Notes under the pieces: model-generated | Databases searched by the model: none | Seen by the model: only the letters and a program-made list of their open reading frames with translations | Told to the model about the DNA's origin: nothing | Shown: positions 13,721-28,139 of the stretch, piece after piece | How positions within the stretch are numbered: the stretch's first letter is position 1 | Layout: each line of letters opens with the position of its first letter | Made by a program: the position numbers and the translations under genes | Assembly: GCA_013239625.1 (NCBI GenBank) | Contig: MU054400.1 | Coordinates: forward strand, 851,146 to 915,145 | Source of the DNA: Lama guanicoe | Taxonomy: Eukaryota | Direction of reading: 5' to 3' | Length of the DNA: 64,000 bases

Positions 13721-15589
13721 TCTTCCATGCTGTCTGTCATATCTGTGCAAACCAAGTATTCTTTATAAATTTTCATGCTAGTTACTCCACAAAGATTTCT
13801 TTTAATACCTTTGGTCGCCTAGGAAGACATTTTTTGAGTACCTACAGATTTGACTAACAGACAATACTAAATTTTATTGATTATCTCTGTTTTTAGAAAG
13901 GATAAACTGATTTCCCATAGAAATGTGATAGAAGAGATTATGTTTTCAAAGACCAGAGTCCCAACTTTTTATGGCAATTCTTACTGTCCTGTTTTATCCA
14001 GATACATATTATATACCTATGTAATACTTACTAAAGCTTTCTAAGGCATATGCAGATTCTGGAGGTGAAGTTGATTAAATGGTAAAGGTAGGAAACCTCT
14101 TCTGATTTATCTGTCGTTTATCCCATTCAGTTCATCTTTTACAGTGCTGCCCTAGAGTCATTTTTCTAAAATATACATCTTGCCATTACTTTTCTGATTT
14201 CATGTAGCTTCTCACTAAAGCACCTAAACCAAGGCTTCAACATACCTTCATCCAGTCACGTCTTCTGTAGTTACCACTAAGCTCCCCTGTAGCTACTTGA
14301 CCACTCCATAGCCTTAGTAACCTGTTATTCTTTGCACCTGGTGCCTTCCTGCTCTTTCCTCAGCTTTTATCCCCCCAGGGAACTATTCAGGCAACACTCA
14401 GCCATAATATCAATACATTGTAGACACTCAGTAGATGTTAAACCAATGAAGTCTTCCCTGTTTTTGCCCAGCCTGAATCACTACTATAACATATTATATG
14501 TATAATAGTTTTATGAGTGATTCTTACTTTGCTGTACTTTAAGGGGGAGAAGGGTAATTATTACTTTCATTTATAGGTCCTCAGTACCCATCCTGGGACT
14601 TAGGAAATGGTTAATAAGATTTCAAAAAAATAATGGGAAAATGGACTTACTTACAATTACAGTTTTAATAAACGATTTTGGATTTTTTTAACGCACGATG
14701 GTTTATATTAATTTTTTTTCTGCTACTGCTTCTTGGCCATTTAGAAACCAGCACATAATTTATTTAATGACTTCTTAGTTGTAGTTTTAGAATATCTAAA
14801 TATTATCTTTTTTAGTCCCAAAGAATATTAGGGGATTTTCCTGACCTTTAGGTCCTAGGAATCTTCAGTCACAGAAAATGTTTAAGGTGGGAAGTAAAAT
14901 CTGGACCTAGAGTGATCAAAAAAAATCTCTTCCCACATTGTTCGTCTCTCTTACAACAAAGATGTTTTCACTTGCATTACTTGTGAAGTAAGAAAGTTAC
15001 ACCCCCCACACCCCATGTGTACCTTTCAAGCTTGTCCGCTGAGAGATTGTTCTGTAAAGAAGCGGATAGATTTCTACATTTATTTTTGCTACTTGAATGC
15101 TTTTAATATAATGATTTTAACTCATTTAATTATCGTTGCTTCTAATAAGTTTAAAGCATAAGATCAAGTTCAGTATTTCAGCAGCACTGAGCACGAGTGA
15201 TAATAACTGGTCCTGTTACATGGTGAACTATTCAATAATATGAATTTGGGTAAAATGTGATTGACAGTTGGCTCCTTGGTCTTACAAGTAACCTCATAAT
15301 AATGTGGCTCCACATTTTAAGCACTTGAAATTTTTGGACCCCAGCTAACTGCATTTTGGGAAGGCTTTACTGTATTTTAAAGCACCCCAGATCCAAAAAA
15401 TAAACATTAAGTTCTGCTGTGTAATCTTTCCCAGAACTGTATTTATATAGACAGTTACAGGAAAATGGGTTACCTAGTATCTCAGCTTATCTTTCTTGTA
15501 TTTGTATGCTGAAGATTTCTGGCCAAGATCCCTTAAGGCATTTATAGGAAAGTCTTATAAAAACTTGTTTTTGTGATATTTGTAATTTA

Positions 15590-18500
15590 TGAGGCTTTCA
15601 TATATAGATTATTGTGTATTTCATGTATTGCTTGAGGTATTTTATTGTTTATTATTCCAAAGTGCTGTATTACATTATTTTTATTTCAGTTTCAGCTGTT
15701 CATTGCAAGTATAAAGAAATAATTATTTTTGTGTATTGACATTGTATCCTGAAACCTTCCTAAACTCGCGTATTAGTTCTAGAAGCTATTTTCATAGATT
15801 CTTTGGGATTTTTTACATCAACAACCATGTGATCTGTGAAAAGAAGTAGTTTTAGTTCTAATCTGTCTGCCTTTTATTCCCTTTTCTTGCTTTATTGCTC
15901 TGGCTAAGAACTTAGTACAATGTTGAGTAAGAGTGGTAAGAGCAGACATCCTTATCTTATTCCCCAGCTAAGGCAAGGACACATTCAGTCTTTCACCATT
16001 AGGGATGATGTTAGTTAGAGGGTTTTGTAGATTACCTTTATCAGGTTAAAGGAATTCCCTCATATTCTTATTTTGCTGACACGTTTTTTTAAATCATGAA
16101 TTGGATGTTTACTTTTTCATATGCTTTGTCTGTACCTGTTGAGATGATCCTGTGGTTTTTCTTGTTTAGTCTATTGAATTACACATATTTTATACAGTAT
16201 AAAATCAATACAATTTTAGAATGTTGAAACAACCTTGAATTTCTGTGAGAAACCCCACATGGTCATGATTGATAATCCTTTTAAGTATATTCCTGCATTC
16301 TATTTGTAAATATTTTGTTAAGGCTTTTTGTATCTTTGTTCACAAGGAATATTGGTCTGTGATTTAGTTCCTTGTAATGTTTTTGTCTGGTTTTTATATC
16401 AGGGTGTTACTGGCCTCATAGAATGAATTGGGAAATATTTCCCCTTATATTCCATTTTCTAGAAAAGTTTGTTTTAGCACTGGTATTCCTTAAATATTTG
16501 GTGGAATTTTTCATTGAAGCCAGTGGGCTCAGGAGATTTCTTTGTATAAAGGTTTTTTAAGTACAAATTCAGTTTCTTTGATAGATACAGGACCATTTGG
16601 GTTATATATTTCATCTTAAGTAACTTTGGTGCTTTGTTTTTTTCAAATAATTTGTCTATTTCATAGAATTTGTTGAATTTTATGAGCATAAAGTTATTCC
16701 TAATAGTCCGTCATCATTATTTTAATATTGGTAGGATCTATAGTACTGTTCCTGTTTTATTCCTATGTTGATGTTTGTGTGTTTTCTTTTTTATCAGTCT
16801 GACTAGGGTTTACCAGTATTTTCAGAGATCCAGCTTCTGGTTTTACTGTTTTCTCTCTACAGTTTTCCCATTTTTACAGTTTCATTGATTTCTGCTTTTA
16901 TCTTAATTGTGTTTCTTCTTGCTTTTGGTATAATTTCTTATTTTTAAAATTTTTCTTAAGCGGCCATTTATACCATTGAACTGAGACCTTTCATCTTTTC
17001 TAAAACAAGCATTTAATGCTCAAAACTTACCCTGAGTACTGCTTTAGGTGTATGTCACAAATTTTCATATTTCTTTTTTTTATATTCAATTAAAATATTT
17101 TCTAATTGACTTTGTGGCTTCCTCTTTAAACCTGGGTTACTTATTCTGTTATTTAATTCCCAAATATCTGGGGATTTCCAGTTAACTTTCTGTTATTGAT
17201 TCTGTTTTGTTCTGAGGACAAACTTTGTATAATTTCAGTTATTTTGAATTTGTTCATGTTTTATGTCCCAGAATATCACATATCTTGATGTGTGTTCCAT
17301 GTCTATGAAAAGAATGTGCATGCTGCTGCTGTTGGGTGGTATGTTGACTTCTGTATAGTCATTGATTTTCTGCCTACTTTTATTCTACTTCAGACTATTG
17401 AGATAGAAGTGATGATGTCTTCAACTGTAATCATGGGGTTTTCTATTTTTCTTTTCAGTGATACAGTTTTTCAGTTATTTTGTATTCTGAATCTCAGTTG
17501 TTAGGTGCATGCACTTTTAGGGTTCTTAGATCTTTGTGAATTGACTCCCTTATCATTAGAAAATTGCTTTCTATCCCTGTTAAAATTCCTTATTTTAGTG
17601 TGTAGTTTTTCTGACATTCATACAGCCCACTCCAGCTTTCTTCTCTCCTCTCCTCTTCCTTTTCCCACGTTTTTCTATGTTAAAAAATTTAATATAATTC
17701 ACATATCATAAAAATTCACCCTTTAAAACTGTACAATTCAGTAGTTTTTAGTATATTCACAAGGTTGAAAACCATCACCATCATCTAATTCCAGTATATT
17801 TCATCATCCTGAAAAGAAGCTCCATACCCATTAGCATTCATGCTCCATCGTCCCCTACTACGCTGATACTCTTTTATTAGTCCAGGATAATACATTGCAT
17901 TTAGTTGTCATGTCTTCTTAGTTTCCTCCAATATCTGAGGTTTCTCCGTCTTTCTTTGTTTTTCATGACCTTGACAGTTTTGAAGAGAACTAGTCAGATA
18001 TTTTATAACATGCCCTCCATTTGGATTTGTCTAACATTTTTGTCATGCTTAGACTGGGTTATGGGGTTTGTGGTAAGAACACAGAGATGAACTGTGCCTT
18101 TCTCACCACATCATTAACAGGGAGGTCATGATTTCATCATTACTTAGAATCAGTGATGTTAACCTTGATCACTTCGTTAAGGTGGTATTTGCCTGGTTTC
18201 TCCACTGTAAAGTTAGTGCTTCTTTTCTATACTCTGTTCGTAGGAAGTGAGTCATTCAGTCCAGGCCACACTCAAGGGGGAAGGGAATTAAACTCCACTT
18301 TATTAATGGGATATTTCTACACATATTATATGTAGTACTGCTGTAAAAAAGATTTGTCCCTTCTCCCCCAATATTTTTTTATTGAATAATTTATACAAAT
18401 ATGCACTCATATGTATTTATTTTATACTTTGGGTTATCATCCAGTACAGTGTATAAATTAATTTACTCTTTTGGCCAGTAGAGGCTCTCTTAGGTTGGCT

Positions 18501-21500
18501 CCTGTGTTGTTGTTGTTGTTGTTGTTTTCTTTGTTTTTATTTTTGTTTTTAACATATCTCCATCTTTTTTCTTTTGCATTTCTTTACTTTCAGGCACTAT
18601 AAGATGCTCCAGGCTCATCTTGTATTTTTCCTGCCTCAAATCTAGAATTAAGTATTTCTCCAAAGATCCCTGATTCCTTTTATTTGAAAATTTTGAAACC
18701 AGATCTGAGGAACTGGTTTTGCTTGTTGCTACTAGGATGTGATTATATTTGGGTTCTTGTCTTTTTTATTTTTAATTTTTAATGTGATTTTAATGCCACA
18801 TATACAGTTCACTCATTTAAATTGCACAAATCAGTGGTTTCTAGTATATACATCAAGTTGCACAACCATCACCAAAATCAACTTTAGAACATTTTCCTTA
18901 TCCCCAAAGCCCCATACTTTTTCATAGTTACCTCTGTTTCCTCTTAATTTATCCCCCAGCCCTAGGCAACCACTACTCTATTCTGGACATTTCATAAATA
19001 CGTGTTCTTTTGTAACTTTCTTCTTTCATGTAGCTAGTGTTTTTGAGATTCATCCACATTGTAGCATGTATCAATACTTCATTCCGTTTTATTGCTAAAT
19101 AATAGTTTGTAGATATGTGCCACCTTTTGTTTATCTGTTCTTCAGTTGATTGACATTTGGGGTTCTGCATTTTGGCTATTCTGCTGTTGAACATTTGTGT
19201 ACAAATTCGTATATAAATGTAATGTTTTCATTTCTCTTGGATATACATCTGCTAGTGGACTTGCTGTGTTACATCATAAGTATGTTTATTCTTTCAAGGG
19301 ACTGCTAGATTGTTTTTCAAAGTGGCTGTACCATTTTTGTATCCCTTCTAACAATGTATAAAGCATTCTAATGTCACGGCATCCGGGCCAGCGTTTTATT
19401 TTCTCTTTCACTGTAGCCATCCTAGTGGATGTGAGGTGTATCTCATTGTGCTTTTAGTATGCATTTCCCTGATGGCTAGTGATCTCGAGCATCTCCTCAT
19501 TTGCTTATTGGCCATTTGTTTATATTCTTTGGAGAAATTTCTATTTAGATACTTTTCCCATTTTAAACTTGAGTTATTTCTCTTTATTGTTGAGTTATGA
19601 ACTTCGTTACATATTCTGTATACATGTCCCTTATCAGATAAATGATTTGCAGATATTTTCTGCCTTTCTGTGGATTGTCTTTCCATTTTCCTTGTGTGTT
19701 TTGTTCCATCTGGTATTCCTATTACATGTATCTTACACTTTTTGTAGTCCTTGGATCCCACGGTCCTTGGATATTCTGGTCTTCCCCCCCCCCCAGTCTT
19801 TGTTCTCTTTGCTTTTCTATTTTTGGGAATTCTATTAATAATACCCTCTAGCTCAGGTTTTTTTCCTCAGCTCTGTCCAGTCTTAATAAGCCTATTGAAG
19901 GCATTCTTTATTTGTTAGTGTTTTTATTGCTAGCATTTCTCTTTGGTTCTTTCTTAGGATTCCCATTTCTCTGCTTAGATTGCCAATCTGTTTTTGCATA
20001 CTGTCTACTTTATTCATTAGAATCCTTAGAATATTAATCATTGTTTTAAATTCCAGGTCTAATAACTCCAACATCCTTGCCATGTCTGGTTGTGATAATG
20101 GCTCTGTGTCTTCATTTGCAACTTTTCCTTTTGATATGCCTTGTAATTTTTTTCTTAATAGCCAGATATAATGTACTGAGTAAAAGGAACTGCTGTATGT
20201 GCCTTAGTAATATGGTGATGAGAGGAAGGGAAAGTGTCCCATACTCCTATGACTAAGTTTCAGTCTTTTAGCAAGGCTTTGACTCTGAACTCCTCACAAG
20301 AATTTCTTAGTTTTTTTCCCCTCTTAGGTGGGATATTCGGGCTGGAATTGGGTATTCCTCTTTACCTATGTCAGTTAGGCTCTGATAATACCCTAGTAAG
20401 TTAGACTCTGATCAACTAGTTTCTCCTGAGGGCAGGCCTTTTTAAAAACAGAGTCCTGTGGAGTATTTGAAAGGATTTAACTCCATTCTTTTAAGTGTAA
20501 ATATCCAGTTGTCTCAGCACAATTTCTTGAAAAAGCTCCCCCCACCCCGCACCACTGAATTGTCCTTATATTAATGCCAAACTGTCTTGATTACTATAGA
20601 TTTGTAGTAAGTTGTGAAATTGGAAAGTGTGAGTTGTCTAACTGTTGTTCTTTTTCAAGATTTGTTTTGGCTATTCTGGATCCCCTAAATTAGTATATGA
20701 ATTTTAGTACCAGCTTTTCCATTTCTGTAAAGAAGGTAGCAAGGATTTTCATACAGTGGTATTGAATCTCTAGATCAGCTTGGGGAGGATTTCCATCTTA
20801 ACAATATTAAGTCCTGCACCATATGAACATGTAATACTTCATTTATTTAAATCTTTAATATTTTTAACAGTGTTTTGTACTATTCAGGGTGTAAGTTTTG
20901 CACTTATTTTGTTAAATTTATTCCTAAGTGTTTTACCTCTTTTGGTGCTATAATAAATGGAATTTTCTTAGTTTCATTTTCAGTTTGTTCAGTGCTACCA
21001 TATAGAAATGTAACTGATGCTGGTATATTGATCTTTGGTCTTGCAACTTTGCTGAATTTGTTATTCTAATAGTCAGTGGGTTCCTTCAAATTTTCTATAT
21101 ACAAAATCATATAATTTGCAAATAGATATAATTTTTCCTCTTCCTTTCCAACTAAGATGCCTTTTGTTTCATTTCATTTCCCAGTTGCTGCAGCTAGCAT
21201 CTCCAGTATAATGTTGAATAGAAGTGGTGAGAGTGGACATCTTTGTCTTATTTCTGGAATTAGGGAGAAAGCATTCAGTCTTTTACCATTAGTGTGATGT
21301 TACGGTTTTAACAGATGCCCTTTATCAAATTGAGGAATTTCCTTTGTATTCATAGTTTTTTGGGTGTTTTCAGTCATCAAGAGGTGTTAAATTTTTGAGT
21401 TATTTTCTCAGCAGTTACCCTTGGGATTACAATCAATATCATATAATTATGTAGTTCAATTAATAACATCTTAATTTCAATAGTATATAAAATCTGCTCC

Positions 21501-22780
21501 TATATAGCTCTGATCCCTCCCTTAGCTTTGTTTTTTATTATTATACAAATTACTTCTTTGTGTATTTTGTGCCCATCAGTAGATTTATAATTATTATACT
21601 ATATGTATCTTTTAAATCAGGGGGGAAAATTAATGGACAAAAATCCTTTATATTTACCCTATATTACTGTTTTTATGTGTGCTCTTCATGTTTTTTATGT
21701 ACTATTTAGTGTGCTTTCACTTCAGCCTGAAGGCCTCTGTTTAGTATTTCTTGTAGGGCAGGTCTTGTCACAAGTTTTCAATTTTTGTTTATCTAGGGTG
21801 TCTTAGATTGCCTTCATTTTTGAGGAATAGTTTTGCTGGATATAGAATTCTTGACAGGTTTTTTTTATTTCAGCACTTTGAATGTCATTCTACTGCCTCT
21901 GTCTTTCTGGTTTCTGTTGAGAAATCATCTGTTTGTCTTACTGAGATTCCCTTGTACTTGATAGATAGTTTTTCTTACTGCTTTCAAGATTGTCTTTGGC
22001 TTTGAACAGTTTGATCATGATATATACATCATAAATCTGTATGAGGGCATGCCTTTAACACTTAGGTACTTGGAAACTCTGCCTTAACCTTCACTACCTG
22101 GTTGTGTAGATCCCTAAGTTCAGCCAGAGTTGCTAGTTTAGGGCCTTCTAATGGCCTCTCATGACTTTCCCAGAGCATGCACATAGCCCAGACACATTCA
22201 CAGCCCTACACATTGACCTGGTCTTCTAGATTCTTAGAAATTTGTCAGATTTTCAAAACCCTGTGGACATCTCATATCTCAGCTTTTTCTGTTAAAAGTT
22301 TTGGTTTATTATTTGCCCTAACAGGCACCTTTGAAGTTAGAGTTGCCTGTCATTGTTTTCAACAGCTACTCCCAGGAAAAATACTTTCACATTGGCCAAG
22401 CCCCAAATCAGGTAAAATACAGACAGCCTTTGCAACTATGGTCTTCTAGGGAACCACCAGAAAGGTCAAATAATGAAAGTTCTTTGAGAATAAGGCTTCG
22501 AAGATGTTTCAACCCATTCTGTGGCTGCTGGTCTTCACGTTGAATGTGAGCTTTTAGTTTTAAGGCTACCATGGCTCTGGAGAGAGGACTAGGGCAAGTT
22601 CAAACACCACAAAGTTTATGATTTTCTTTAATAGATGCTCCCTGAGTTCCTGCATGCCTTTGGTTATTTTCTAGATTTTGAAAAACATGATTCTTAACAG
22701 TTTTTTGCTGTTTTTTGAATTGCTTTCATTGAAGACAGAATTTTTGAGGGTTCTGACTCTGCCATTTTTACTGCTCTTCT
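15590..22780 (-). mobile_element. Large cluster of nested old L1M fragments (ORF2, ORF1-like and 3' UTR pieces)
   Basis: Degenerate peptides (16474-16689 KKSPEPTGFNEKFHQIFKE; 19408-19761 KISANHLSDKG..YLNRNFSKE; 18973-19194 AIKRNEVLIHATMWMNLKN). Several elements are merged; boundaries approximate. Confidence 0.85.
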
Positions 22781-23610
22781 TAGCTTACTTATTCTTAGCT
22801 TGTACTTTCATTCCCTTCCTTACTCTTTTACTGATACTGTTAGATGAGTTCTTTTCTGGAGTTCTTCATATTTGAAATATGGTATACTGCCAAGGACATT
22901 CACTATAGCAGTATTTACAGTAGTGGGAGAGTGAAAAACAACCCAAATGTCCCAAAATAAGGAGATAGTTTTTAAAAAATGATTCATCTATATATCCATA
23001 TGATGGAATGTTATGCAGATACTAACAGTCACACATTTGGAAACTACTTTATGACAGCAAAAAATGTTTGTGATATGATACAGATGGAAAAAACAGATTA
23101 TAAAATACAGTGCTCAAATTTTTTAAAATAAGTTTTGTAAAGATGTAAGCATATGTATGCATCAAAAACTCTTGGAAGGAGCCATATCAAAATGGTAGCA
23201 TTTATTATTTCTGGGTTAAATTGTGTTAGTTTAAAAAATTATCTTTGTTCTATATTATGTACAATAAGATTATATTAACTTTTTTATTATAAAAATAAAA
23301 TACAGCTGTTAATGTGACACACCTGTACATATTACTACTTTTCACTCCTGTGTTCAATTAAAACTCACATAACTGTTGAGCTTTGATAATTTAACATAAA
23401 CTTTTATAAATATTTGAAGAGATGTTATAAGAACATACTAAAAATAACCCTGGCATTGGGGCTAACAAAATATATATGAGCTATTTTAATCCCCGGAGTC
23501 TACTGTATAGAAAGAAGTTTTGTTTCCCTGGGGTATATTAGGGTGAATTGTTAGGTAGATGAATAACCTGTAGTCTCATTTATTAGCATTTTATTTTTTT
23601 TTCTTTTCAG

Positions 23611-23697
23611 GCGCATATTAAATTTCCTATTGACTATCCATATTCACCACCTACCTTCAGATTCTTGACCAAAATGTGGCATCCCAACATTTATGAG
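23611..23697 (+). CDS. UBE2R2: UBE2R2 coding exon 2 (87 nt, phase 0-0): [29 protein letters not shown]
   Basis: Polypyrimidine tract plus cag acceptor and GAG|gtaaga donor. The translation has the E2 'HPN' motif and matches UBE2R2/CDC34 as I recall it. Confidence 0.98.
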
Positions 23698-24501
23698 GTA
23701 AGAGATGTCTATTATGAACTTCTCTGAAGATTTTTTTTTTTTTAGATACTATCCTTTGTAAAGTTGCCTCTGTAGCTCAGTAGCTGTGATAGTTATGCTG
23801 TAGCCACAGGGACGTATTCATTTTTAATTAGCAGTAGTTAAATTGTTCAAAAATTGGGGATAATTTTTTAATACCAATGTATATTATAGTTAATTTAAGG
23901 TTGAGGCTTTAAACCTTTGCTGCTTATTGCTAAAATTATAATGCATGTGTTAATGTTTTCAATTTTTTAATTTAGCAGATAGTCATACAGATTTCTTTGT
24001 GTACCTAGCCTCTAGCTTTACAGCAAAGCTCAGCTGTTGCTCTGATCAGAGATTCACCTTTTTGAGGGGAAGATTTATTCTGCTACATTTGTACTGGCCT
24101 CCCTTAAGGAGGTGCTGTATAGTCGTTGAGAATCCCTTTTGAAATAAATTCAAGATTAGGTTCTTTTACTGGATAAGTCTACATGCCTGGGAAAGTCATT
24201 TCTAGCTTTTTTGATGAAATACACTTAGCTTTGAGCTAATCTAGAAGGATGCTGGAATGATGCATTATGTTTCTCAGGATAATATGTCACGGCCCACTAA
24301 TATATCCTTTGAGTCTACTCCCTTATTCTGTCATCGTTTTCATTGCAGTAGGGCTCTGAAGTAGTCTCATATTATTGTAACTGAGTCCCAAGCATTAAAA
24401 TTGCTTTTTAAAATTTTCAGCTTTGGTCGTGTAGTCTTTTTTTTTGGCTAGATGGAGAGTGGGAAGCACCTTTGCTCCAGAAACAAAGCTACACAGTCTT
24501 T

Positions 24502-24822
24502 GTGTCTTTGTTTCTTTGTTTCTTCCTTCCTTCTTTCCTTCCTTTCTTCCTTTCTTCCTTTCTGTTGAAGTATAGTCAGTTACAATGTGTCAGTTTCTGG
24601 TGTACAGCACAATGTCCCAGTTATGCATATACATACATATATTTCTTTTCATATTCCTTTTCATTAAAGGTTACAAGACATTGAACATAGTTCCCTGTGC
24701 TATACAGAAGAAACTTTTTGTAAAATCTGTTTTTATATATAGTGGCTAATATTTGTAAATCTCAAACTCCCAGATTTATCCGTTCCCACCCCCTTTCCCT
24801 GGTAACTGTAAGATTGTTTACT
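24502..24822 (-). mobile_element. L1 3' UTR fragment whose tail is a (TTTC/TTCC)n simple repeat
   Basis: Near reverse complement of 10926-11190; fuzzy TSD tacacagtcttt / tacatagccttt. Confidence 0.85.
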
Positions 24823-26476
24823 TACATAGCCTTTAAAGTGCTTATAGGCGAGTAAAGTGCTTACTGTATGGTTCTGAATTTGGATCTCAGTCTGTATAAA
24901 TTAGCACACTGGAGCAGCTTTGTCATTTTTCACAACCTGCTTTTTCTATAAGTCATTTTCTTCATTTTTCTTTCCTCCTTAAAATAGGACAAACTGGAAC
25001 TCAAAAGATCATAGGTCATTACACTTCCATAAGTAATCCCCAGAATATTGTGGGTTTTTTGTTTTCTTTAGTATTTGACATAATCATAATACAGATAATA
25101 AACAACAGTGAATATGTTATGCTGTTCTGTACATTAAAGTTATCTTATTGTAGGAGAGAGACTAGAGAAATAAGTCACTGTTTCATGAGTTCGAACTGAG
25201 TTCAGTATACATAGAACTATTTTTGTGTTCCTATCTATTTAATAATAAGAAAATTCCTGCCTTCAAAACTGAGATAAGAGTTTAGGTTCTTTCTTGCTGT
25301 CTAAACTAATTCACTTGAAAGCCATATACTTGCCTGTTTCCATCTCAGTTACCTAACTCTTAAACTGCTCTCAAAAAAGAAACATAAAAAACAGGATAAA
25401 GGATTCAAAGCTCTATTGGAAAAAAGTGTAGTTTGATAAACTTCCCTTTCCACTGCTTTTTCATCACTTAGGTAGGCTATTTAGTTCTGTCTCTTAAAAT
25501 TTCACATTGGATCATTATTTTAAAAAAAATATTTTTCAAGAAAATATATTTTCCATAGTCATAATAAAAATTTTAATAGTAAAATAATGCATGCATATCT
25601 TATACAGTTGTTTTTCATGCCATAAAAGTTTTGTTTTTTTTTAAAAAAGTGTTGTCATAGTTAGGAAATTAAATTTGATGTAATCAGATGGGATCATAAG
25701 AGACTTCTCACATACGTTAATTTACTTTGCTACTTTCAGGAAACAGTGTCAGAATTGAACTTTTTGAGGGCCTGTATCAGTATTTGTGATTCTAGACATT
25801 AGGGCTCATGGTTCTTGGCTAAAATGATATTCCTGGAAGTTACTCTCTATTCACCCATCTGTATTGTGGCCTATGTTAGAAACACAATGAACCTCGATAT
25901 TAGATTAGTCACCATAATGTTTACTGCACAGATATTTATAATAGAACTCGGCACGAAAAGGGAAAACAATGGCAACAACGACAGAATAAAAATACAAAAG
26001 GAAAAGCCTACTCAAATGCCAAAATATGTGAATTTATGAAAGAGTTTTTGGTATATTAACTTAATAATCATTAAAAATAAATATAGTAAAGACTTTTTGG
26101 TAGAAAATAGTTTATCATGTTTTTAAAACTACAAGAGCTTTGGTTACAGTTTTGTTAAATACATTCATAGACATATTACTGCAGCCCCAAAAGTTATAAG
26201 TACTGCTTTTATATGAGTAAATTTAATTTAACATTTCTTTGATCATTGCCATGTTTATGAAATTTGTGAATATCAAGGGGGAAGCCTGGAGAACAAAAGA
26301 AATTTAATATGAACGTGTCATCAATGAAACATACTGCATATTCTACTCTTTTCTGCTTCATAATATGTTAAGTGATCTCAGTAAGTTTCCTGGTTCTGTG
26401 TTACTGTGTGTTCAGAAATAGACAGCCAACTTAGGCCCATTTGCTTCACAAGTCATGTACTAAAATGAGGTTTTTA

Positions 26477-26603
26477 GTGGGGAGGGTATAGTTCAGTGGT
26501 AGAGTGCCTAGCATGCATGCGGTTCTAGGTTCAGTCCTCAGTACCTCCATTAAAAACAAATAAAGAAATAAACCTAATCCATCCCCACCCCTCCCCACCC
26601 TAC
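26477..26603 (+). mobile_element. tRNA-derived SINE (vic-1-like, camelid type)
   Basis: ggggagggtatagttcagtggtagag (A box), ggttcagtcc (B box), A-rich and C-rich tail; TSD aaaatgagSttttt at 26462-26475 and 26604-26617. Confidence 0.8.
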
Positions 26604-27169
26604 AAAATGAGCTTTTTGTACACACCCTCCTCACTACAAACTTCACTGCTATGGCAACTCAGAATCTCACTGCTCTTTGTGTGTATTTATTTTTAAAGCT
26701 TTTTGGTGATAGATTAGTTTTTAGAGTAGTTTTAGGTTCGCCGCAAGATTGAATGGAAATTATATAGAAGTGTTTAATATTTAATGACCCTTTTAGTACT
26801 AGTGAATTGCAGATCATAGTATGAACCTTTCTTTTAAAAAATAATAAAAGATTCTGGATGGTTTTTGAAGGAGTATACAAATTATTCTTCCTGTACAGTG
26901 TTCACAGATAAATGTCACCAGCGTAGTCATGAAATAAAAGTAACAGTGAGATGGTGTGTTTTAGGATACTTGATAGCCAATAGGAAAATATTTTGCTGTT
27001 TTAATTAAGGTTCAAGTTCTGAAGTTATTCTTGATCCTAGACTCAGATGATTCTTAAGACTTTATACTAATCTCTGTAGCCACCAACACTGTAAGGATAT
27101 ACCAATCATTGGGGTGTGGTATTTTAATTAAAAATAAATCCTACTGTTTTATGCTTTTCCTAAAACATG

Positions 27170-27385
27170 CTGGTCTTAACTTGGGCTGCCGTAACAAAAT
27201 ACTATAGATAAGGTGGCTTAAAACAACAGAAATTAATTTTCTTACAGATTGAGAAGCTATAAATACAAGATCAAGGTGTCAGCATGGCCAGTGTCTGGAA
27301 AGACTCTTCCTAGCTTATCTCTGTGTCTTCATGTGGCTTGAGAGGAAAGCAAGCATGCCCTAGCTCTCTGATGTCTCTTACAAGG
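27170..27385 (-). mobile_element. MaLR LTR fragment (MLT1-type)
   Basis: The segment 'gggctgccgtaacaaaatac..ggtggcttaaaacaacagaaatt..aagatcaaggtgtcagc' is characteristic of MLT1. Confidence 0.75.
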
Positions 27386-27664
27386 TTTTAAAAAGGTTTT
27401 TGCCAAGTCTGCAGAACTATTGCTTTTGGGAATATAAAATGTAGTCTGTATAAATGGTGAATGAACCTAATTACATATAGTTTATGATCTTAGTAATTAT
27501 TTACATGGAATAGGCCATTAGGAGTGAAATGGATGAAGAGCTCCACAATCAGCTCTTCAAAAACTGAAAGAACTCGATGTATCAAGAGGTCCTTTATGTT
27601 AAAGCTGTAATTATAAATTGTATTTTAAAATTACACAGAGAAGGCCAGGTAAAAGCAAGGATAC

Positions 27665-28139
27665 TATGTTGGTTGGGGTTCTCCAGAGAAACAGAACCAA
27701 TAGGATATATAGAGATACATATAAGAGGAGATTTATTGTAGGAACTGGTTCACATGGTTATAAAGTTTGATAAATCCCACAGTCTTCCTTTTGTAAACTA
27801 TGGAGCCAGAAAAGCTGGAATTAAATCCATTTGAGTCCAAAGGCCTGAAAACTGGGGGAGCTTCTGATGTGAGTCCTGGAGTTCCTGAGGCCCAAGAATC
27901 AAGAGCTCAGATCTACTAGCTCAAGAAGAGAGAGAATCTGTCCTTCCTCCACCTTTTTGTTCTGTTCAGGCCCCCTTAGAGGATTAGATGTCTGTCACAT
28001 CATCATGGTGAGGGTGAAACTTCTTTACTCTCTACTGATTGAAATACTAATCTCTTCCAGAAACACCTTCACAGACAAACTCAGAAATAAGGTTTCACTT
28101 ATAGCCCAATCAAGTTGACACATACAATTAACCATCACA
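27665..28139 (-). mobile_element. ERVL solo LTR (MLT2-type)
   Basis: On the - strand it starts tgtgatggttaattgtatgtgtcaacttg and ends gtttctctggagaacccc; 5-bp TSD gatac on both sides. Confidence 0.85.
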
